Origin: Clostridia bacterium
GTDB lineage: Bacteria; Bacillota; Peptococcia; DRI-13; SM3-B62
NCBI GenBank assembly: GCA_018433675.1
Contig: JAHDQS010000045.1
Span: 70,356 to 134,355 of the forward strand
Direction of reading: 5' to 3'
Length of the DNA: 64,000 nucleotides
Position numbers and translations under genes: made by a program. The notes under the pieces were generated by a model that searched no databases, had not been told where the DNA came from, and saw nothing but the letters and a program-made list of their open reading frames with translations. Below, in pieces: positions 18,940 through 27,900 of the stretch (its first letter is position 1; each line of letters opens with the position of its first letter).

Positions 18940-21900
18940 ATGAAACGACAACAAGAAACGGCTCCTTTAGCCGCGGTATCGGAGAAGACGAGAGTAATGC
19001 TGTACAAACCTTGTTGGCGGGAAGGAAGAATAAAAGGGCAGGGGAATACAGCCGGGGCGGACTTCAGGCGACTGGTGGTTTTTTGCGAACCACAGGGTCT
19101 TCAGGCGGAGGATATTGCCGGGATGATAGAAGGGACAAACTGTCTGATCCTGCAATCCCGGGAAAAGGAAATTGAAAAAAGATATCAGGAATATGCCCTG
19201 GAGTTGCTGCGAGAGATTCAGTCCATCATGGGAAAGAAGGATGAGTCACGGGTGCTGATCCAGGTTATGATATCCTCCCAGGGGGAACAACGCTTATTCG
19301 GCGGACTCTCCGGATTGCTTAAAACCGCCCAGGCTGAGTCCTCCCGCCTGTGGGTTCAGCTCATTATGACGGATGATTGGGAGAAAAAGGGTGTAATCGA
19401 AATGTTGAGGGAGAACGGGTTATCCCCTCAGGATGCCCAGGTCCGTTACCGGGACGGCAAACGGCAGGTGACCGGTTGGGAGGAAGTAACGGGAGCTGAA
19501 CTCGCGGAGAGCATTCCCTGGCAAGATAAAGGCGTTTACCTTATTACCGGAGGCGCGGGGGGCTTAGGCTTGCTCTTTGCCTCGGAAATAGCAAGAAGGG
19601 TCAAAAACCCGGTTATTGTTCTAGCCGGGCGTTCTTCTTTGGATAAGGTGGAAAAGAGGCTGGCCAAGAAGTTTGCCGGTTTGGGGGCCAGGATCGTTTA
19701 CAGACAAGGGGATGTGTCACAAAAAAGGGAGACGGTTGACCTCGTGACAGGCATCAGAGAGGAATTTGGCAGCCTGAACGGCATTATTCACGCCGCCGGT
19801 GTTACCAGGGACAGTTTGATTATTAACAAGACTGCGGATCAACTGCGGGAGGTTTTCGCTGCCAAGGTGGAGGGGTTGCTGAATCTGGAGACGGCTTGCC
19901 GGGGAATGGAGCTTGATTTTCTGGTGCTCTTTTCCTCTGTGGCGGCGAGTTTGGGCAATCCGGGACAGGCTGATTATGCTGCGGCCAATGCTTTTCTTGA
20001 CTGTTATGCTGAATACCGCAGGGAACCGGAAACTGACGAACAAAAGCAGTTCGCCCGCATCATTTCGTATAACTGGCCCCTCTGGCAGGAGGGAGGAATG
20101 CATGTGTCGCCGGAGGCGGAAAGGAGTATGCGGCAGAAAGGGTTCGTTCCTTTGGGGACTGTCGGCGGAATCAAGTCGTTTTATCAGGGTTGGGCTTATG
20201 GCGGGTCGCTGTTTATGGTGCTGGAGGGGGATGGACTCCGGTTGAAGGAAGTGATGTCCGCTCGAGCCTATCCCCGGTTGTCTGACCGGAAGGGCCCGGT
20301 GTCGGTCAAGCCGGAGAGGCTGTTGCAAGAGACACTGGGGCGTTTGAAAGAGTTATTTGGTGAGATCACCGGCTTAAGCAGGGAGCAAATTGATGCCCAG
20401 GAAATCCTGGAAAGTTACGGGATAGATTCTGTCATGATAAGCAAATTGAACAGTAGGCTGGAATCGGTTTTCCGGGAGGTATCCAAGACCCTGTTCTTTG
20501 AAGGACGGACTCTGGAGGCTGTAGCCCGTCGCCTTTGTGAGGACTATCCGGAAGAATGCATGGCCTGGGCTCATTTGCAGGGCGGCGAGGAAGAGCCCGG
20601 AGATAAGGAACTCTTTGGTGATGATGCTTTGGAGTGGGGCGAAGATGAAGAGTTCCCGGTTTTGAGGCCTCTGAAGGCCCCGCAGATGAGGGCAGAGGGA
20701 TTTGAACCGATTGCCGTCATCGGTTTAAGCGGGAAATATCCTCAGGCGGAAAACTTGACGGAGTACTGGGAGAACCTGCAGGCGGGCAAGGACTGCATCA
20801 CGGAAATACCCTCGGAACGCTGGTCTCTGGAGGGTTTTTACCTTCCGGATCAGCAAAAGGCTGCGGCTACGGGGAAGAGCTACTGTAAGTGGGGCGGCTT
20901 TATAGACGGGTTTGCTGACTTTGACCCCCTCTTTTTTAACATTTCTCCCCGGGAGGCCTTAAACATGGATCCCCAGGAACGCTTGTTTATTGAGCATTGC
21001 TGGCAGGTCCTGGAGGACGCGGGATATACCAGGCAGCAGCTGATGGAGGAATACGGCGGTAGGGTCGGGGTTTTTGCGGGTATCACCAAAACCGGCTTTG
21101 CTTTGTATGGTCCGGCCTTGTGGAGGCAGGGGGAGCAGGCCTTTCCCCGAACTTCCTTTAGTTCCTTGGCCAATCGGGTCTCTTACCTTTTTGACCTGCG
21201 GGGGCCCAGCATGCCGGTGGATACGATGTGTTCTTCATCCTCGACGGCAATCCATGAGGCCTGCAGGTGCCTCCAGCGGGGTGAATGTGAAATAGCCATT
21301 GCCGGTGGGGTCAATCTTTATCTCCACCCCGCCAACTATAACGAGCTGTGTGTGCAGCAGATGCTGTCACCGGATGGGAGAAGCCGGGCTTTTGGTGCCG
21401 GTGCCAACGGTTTTGTACCGGGAGAAGGGGTCGGCTGTGTCCTCTTGAAATCGCTGTCACAAGCGGTTGAAGACGGTGATAATATTTATGCCGTCATCAA
21501 AGGAACGGCAGTTAACCATGGCGGAAAAACCAACGGCTACACCGTGCCCAACCCCCAGGCTCAAAGTGAGGTGATTAGGGCGGCTCTGGACAACGCGGGA
21601 GTCAAGGCCAGAGAAGTCAGCTATTTGGAAGCTCATGGCACGGGTACCAGATTGGGTGATCCCATAGAAATTACGGGGGCCAAGCAGGCCTTTGAAAGTG
21701 ATACCCAAGAAAGAGGCTATTGTTCCCTAGGCTCTGTCAAGTCGAATATCGGGCATTTGGAAGCGGCGGCAGGGATTGCGGGGCTGACCAAAATAGTATT
21801 GCAGATGAGGTACAAGAAGCTTGTGCCGAGCCTGCACGCTAAAGTTTTAAACCCAAACATCAACTTTGCCAAAACCCCCTTTGTCGTGCAACAGGAGGCA

Positions 21901-24900
21901 ACGGATTGGAACAGTAAGGAATATCCCAGGATTGCAGGGCTCTCTTCTTTTGGAGCAGGGGGGGCCAATGCCCACATCGTGCTGGAGGAATATCTTCCTG
22001 CCGCAAGAAAACATTCCGTCCCTGCCATTGACGATGAGAGGCCGGCGGTAATCGTACTTTCCGCGCGGAATAAAGAGGATTTAAAGAAACGGGCGGAGGG
22101 GCTTTTGTCCCGGCTTAAGGCCCGGGAATATTCCGAGGCGGACCTGGCCGCTCTTGCCTATACCCTGCAGGTAGGGCGCGAGGCGATGGAAGAAAGGCTG
22201 GGGATGACGGTTGTTTCCTTGCAGGAGCTGGAGGAAAAGCTGCAGGGCTGCTTGGAGGGAGAGGAAGACAAGAGCGACCTTTATTGGGGCCGGGTTGAGC
22301 AAAACAAGGAAAAATTGGCGGCCCTGGCAACGGACGAGGTAGTGCAGGAAAACGTCAGTCGGTGGTTGGAAAACGGGGAATATGGCAGACTTCTTGAGAT
22401 GTGGGTCCGGGGATTGAACCTGAATTGGAACAGGCTCTATCAGGGGGGAAAGCCAAAGAGGCTCAGCCTGCCCGGTTATCCTTTTGCTAGGGAACGCTAC
22501 TGGCTGCCTGAAATAAAGGAGGGAGAAGAAAAGGGTGAGCTTGTCCATTCTTCATTGCATCCCTTGCTGCATAGGAATACATCAGATTTGAAGGAACAGC
22601 GGTATACTTCAATTTTTACGGGTAAAGAGTTCTTTTTACGGGATCATATGGTGCAGGGACGGCACATTCTACCGGGAGTAGCTTATCTGGAGATGGCTCG
22701 GGCCGCAGCAGAACTGGCGGCGGGAGACATGCAGGGGGAGAATTCCTGCTTGAAACTGAAAAACGTGGTGTGGGCGCAGCCTGCCATTGTGGAAGAGGGG
22801 GAAGGGCTGCGTCTGCATTTGGGGCTTTATCCCACAGCGGAAGGGGAGCTGGCCTATGAGGTTTACGGTGCTTCCGTTATCTATAGTCAGGGTACGATCG
22901 AGATCGAGGGAGAAAAAACCAGGCCCAAAATGGATGTGGCGGCGGCCAAGGCGGCTTGCTCCAAGGGCATGCTAACCGGCCAACAGTGCTACGAAATCTT
23001 TTCACAAATGGGTATTGACTATGGCCCGGGGCACCGGGCTATTGAAGAGGTCTATCTGGGAGAGGGTGTGGCGGTGGCAAAACTGGTGTTACCATCTGCC
23101 GTCAAAGAGACATCAGATGGGTTTGTTTTGCACCCGACCATGATGGACGGCGCACTGCAGGCCTCTTTAGGGCTGGTCCTGACCGCGGGTGCTTCTGCTC
23201 CTCTTGTGCCTTTTGCTCTGGAGGAGTTAGAGGTATATGCCGGCTGTGTCCCAAGGATGTGGGTCCTGCTTCGTCGCAGCGGAAGCCTTGATATCGATTG
23301 CTGTGATGAGGAGGGAAATGTCTGCGTTCGGCTGAAAGGGTATTTTTCCAGGGAGCTGAAGGGAGAAGGAACAAAGACGGAGGAAACGATGCTCCTTGAA
23401 CCATGCTGGCGGGAAGAGGACGCTGCCTCATCTGTTGCTTTGTCCCCGGCGGCAGGTTCGGAAAACTACGGGCAGCACCTTGTTATCTTGTGTGAAGCGG
23501 TTAAGGTAAAGCCAAAAGACGTGGAGGGACTTTGGCCCGGGGTGCGTTGTCTAATGTTAAGCTCCCGCAAAAAGGATCCGGCTGTACGGTATGGGGAATA
23601 TGTCTTGCGGGTTCTGCAGGAGATCCAAGGAATCTTACGGCAAAAGCCGAAGGGCCGGGTCTTGCTGCAGGTTGTTATTCCGGGCCACGGAGAAAGCCGG
23701 CTCTTGGCCGGGCTGGCCGGGCTGCTGGTAACCGCAGGGCTGGAGAATCCTCAATTATGCGGACAATTGATTGAACTTGAGGATTGGCAGGGGCTTGAGA
23801 GGATACTGCGGGAGAACAGGGAAAAGCCCACAGCCGGGCGGATCCGTTACCGCGAAGGAACAAGGTATGTAGCGGCCCTGGCAGAGGTGGAGTCTTTCCA
23901 AAAGATGCCGCAGTCTCCCTGGCGGGAAGGTGGCAGGTATTTGATAACAGGAGGTGCAGGCGGGTTGGGCCTGCTCTTCGCCGCAGAGATAGCGCGGACG
24001 ACAAGGAATGTGACCCTGATCCTGACGGGGCGTTCCTTGCTGGATACAGCTCGAGAAAACAAAATCAAAGAGTTGCGGGAAGCGGGCGCCCAAGTTATTT
24101 ACAGGCAGCTGGATGTCATCGATCAAAAGGCGGTGGAGAACCTTGTGCATGCAGTTGTCCAAGAGTTCGGCGGACTTGACGGTATCATTCACAGCGCCGG
24201 TGTCATTCGCGACGCTTTTATTCTTAATCAAAGTGAGGCGGAGAGCCTTGAAGTCTTGTCTCCCAAGGTTAACGGTCTGGTAAACCTGGATGAGGCGACT
24301 CAAGACTTAAAGTTGGATTTCTTCCTGCTCTTTTCCTCCCAGGCGGCTGTTCTGGGTAATCCGGGTCAGGCTGTTTACGCTGCTGCCAACGCCTTTTTGG
24401 ACAGCTATGTTGAGTATCGCAACGAGTTAGTTGCTGTTCAGGAAAGACACGGTGCGACACTTTCCGTCAACTGGGCCCTCTGGCAGGAGGGTGGGATGGG
24501 TATTGAGGACGCAGCCGAGAAAATCATCAGGGAGAATACGGGAATGATACCTTTACGGACCTCCAGCGCTTTTTTGGCCTTGTATCAAGGGATGGAGCAG
24601 GGGAAGGCCCGCCTGATGGTGATGGAAGGCAGTCGTCCTCTGATGGAACGATGGCTCTTTGGCAGACAGGAAAGTGGGGAATACCACGGAAGGGAGAACC
24701 GCAGGATTACAGAGGATCTCTTGGTGAAGGCAGCCGCCTTGCTGCAGGTGGGGGTCGAGGACTTGGAAGAGGATACGGCTTGGGACGAGCACGGCTTCGA
24801 TCAGGTCACTCTGACCAAACTGGTGGGCGAACTCAATCGGGAATATGGTTTGCAGCTTTCCTCTGCCGTCTTTTCCTCTTTTCCTACGTTGCGAAGCCTG

Positions 24901-27900
24901 GCCGGATACCTAAGCGGACAATCGGCCGAGGAAGATGGGGAACAGCCAGGTGCGGCCGTGTCCGTGCCTGCACATGCCACTGCAGACGCGGCAGTGCTCC
25001 CGGCAGGGGAATTGGCGGAAGATGCGGTGGAATATCTCAAAAAGCGACTGTCCGCCGTTATCAAGCTGCCGCCTCACAGGATAGAAGAGAATGCCCCGTT
25101 AGAGAAATATGGGATCGATTCCGTCATGGTCATGCAGCTTACCAACGAACTGGAAAAGACCTTCGGGTCGCTGCCTAAGACCTTGTTTTTTGAGTATCAA
25201 AACCTCCGGGAATTAACAGGGTATTTCCTGGAGGCTCATCGTGTACGGTTATTAGATGCCCTGGGTATGGGAGTGGAAAGGGGAGAGGAGGATAAGCCTG
25301 CTGCTGTGGTGCCTTGGCGCGAGGAGACGCCCCGCCTGGTTTACGAAAGGCCGCGCTTTGCCACGGGGTGGGGGAGGGGCCGGCGGGAGGATACTTCGTT
25401 ATCTTCCGACATTGCCATTATCGGTTTGGCCGGGCGTTATCCCGGGGCCCGTAACTTGCGGGAGTTTTGGCTTAATCTGTCTGAAGGAAAAGACTGTATC
25501 ACAGAGATACCTGCAGAGCGTTGGGATCATAGCAGGTATTTTGATGAAGACAGGAACAAACCGGGTAAGACGTACAGCAAGTGGGGAGGATTTCTGGAGG
25601 GTGTGGATGAGTTTGACCCGCTGTTTTTTAACATTTCTCCCCGGGAAGCCGAAATTATGGAACCCCAGGAACGCCTTTTTCTGGAGTGTGTTTATGAGAC
25701 TTTAGAGGATGCCGGCTATACCAGGGGGTCTCTTGCCTCTTACCGGGGAAGGGACCTGGAGGGCAATATCGGGGTTTATGTGGGAGTCATGTACGAGGAA
25801 TATCAGCTTTATGCGGCTCAGCAGCAGCTTTTGGGCAAACCGGTCACGGTATCCGGGAATCCTTCCTCGGTGGCCAACAGGGTTTCATATTTCTGCAACT
25901 TTCATGGTCCCAGCATGGCGATCGATACCATGTGTTCTTCTTCCATTACTGCCATTCATTTGGCTTGCCGGAGCTTGCAAAACGGGGAATGCCGCCTTGC
26001 TATAGCGGGCGGGGTCAACGTCTCGATTCACCCTAATAAGTATCTTTTCCTTGGTCAGAGTAACTTTGTATCCAGTAAGGGGTTGTGCGAGGCCTTCGGA
26101 GCAGGCGGAGACGGTTATGTGCCGGGTGAAGGCGTGGGTGCCGTGCTGCTAAAACCTTTAAACGAGGCTGTTAAGGACGGTGACCACATTTATGGGATCG
26201 TGAAGGGAACCGCCCTTAATCACGGCGGGAAGACTAACGGCTATTCGGTACCCAACCCCAATGCTCAGGCGGCGGTCATCGGGCAAGCCCTTAAGGGTTC
26301 GGGGGTTAATCCCCGGGCGGTCAGTTACCTGGAGGCTCACGGGACCGGAACTATCTTAGGTGATCCTATCGAAATTGCGGGTCTGAGCAAGGCTTTTCGG
26401 GAGCATACAAAAGATACGCAGTTTTGTGCCATCGGTTCTGTCAAGTCGAATATCGGGCACAGCGAAAGCGCGGCAGGGATTGCCGGGTTGACAAAGGTGC
26501 TTTTGCAGATGAAACACCGCCAATTGGTGCCTTCACTGCATACGGACACCCTTAATCCCAATATCGATTTCGATACCACACCTTTCGTGGTGCAGCAGAA
26601 AAGGGCGGAGTGGAAACCCATAGTAGCGGAGGTTGGCGGGGGTAAGAAGGAATATCCACTGATCGCCGGGGTTTCATCCTTTGGGGCCGGTGGTTCCAAT
26701 GCCCATTTGGTGGTTCAGGAATATATACCCGAAGGGGAAAGAGCTTTACCAGGATTTCTTTCCCGGAAAAGACCGGTGTTGATCGTGCTATCGGCTAAAA
26801 ATGAGGAGCGTCTCAGGGAAAGGGTACTCAGTCTCATCAGTATTTTCCAAGAGGAGGGCTTGGACGAAGATGACCTGGTTAATGTGGCCTATACATTGCA
26901 GGTGGGGCGTGAAGCCATGGAAGAAAGACTGGCGTTGCTGGTGGAATCTGTGGATGAAATGGTTGGGAAGCTACAGGGCTTTCTTTCGCAAAAGAAGGAT
27001 GAGTCCGGGATTTACCGTGGACATATTAGACAAAGTAAGGAAACGATAGCCGTTTTTGCAGCGGACGAGGATATGGAAAAAACCCTTGCGGCCTGGATCG
27101 AGAAGGGAAAGTACGGGAAGCTTGCCAACCTATGGGTTCAGGGCTTGGATATTGATTGGCGGAGGCTCTATACCACCGGTTTACCCCAAAGGGTCAGTTT
27201 GCCCCCTTATCCCTTCGAGCGGGAGCGTTACTGGATACCGGAGAAAGAAGCTTTAGAGGAAGCTTTAGATGCAGGAGTCAGCGGGACAATCAGGAAGACT
27301 TGTTTTTTGCAAAAACAGTGGGAACTCTGTCCTGTTGTTGCCGGTAAGAGCTTTACAGGAAAGGTTGCCATTCTGGCGACAAAAGAGACTCTCAGTCTGG
27401 CAGAAAGGCTGAGGGAATATTTTTCGCCGGGAGTGGTGTTTGAAGAAGAACAGCTTGGGTTGGAAAATGGTGTTTTCCAAGAAGAAGCAGCAGATTGGAA
27501 CGGCTTTATTGACCTGACCGGTTGCGGAAAAGAGGAGCAGGGATCTCTTACCTGGCTTTCCCGGTTGCAGAGGCTGATTGAAAACGGAAAAGACCGAGGA
27601 TTGGTCGTCTTGGGCGTAACCCGGGGATTGGAAGCCTTTTTGCAGACAGAAATCAATCTCGCAGGAGCTTCCCGAGCCGGGCTGTACCGCATGCTGCAAA
27701 GTGAATATGGCCGTCTGAAGTCACGGCATGTGGAGCTGGACCCTGATTCCGCTATTGCCGAAAGTCAATTGGCAGAGCAGATAGCAGCAGAATTTTTTGC
27801 GGCGGGGGACGAAGCGGAGGTATGTTACCGCGACGGCAAACGATATCAAGCTGTTTTACGGGAGATACCGGCAGAAAGGCAGGAAGAGAAAGGTGAGGAG

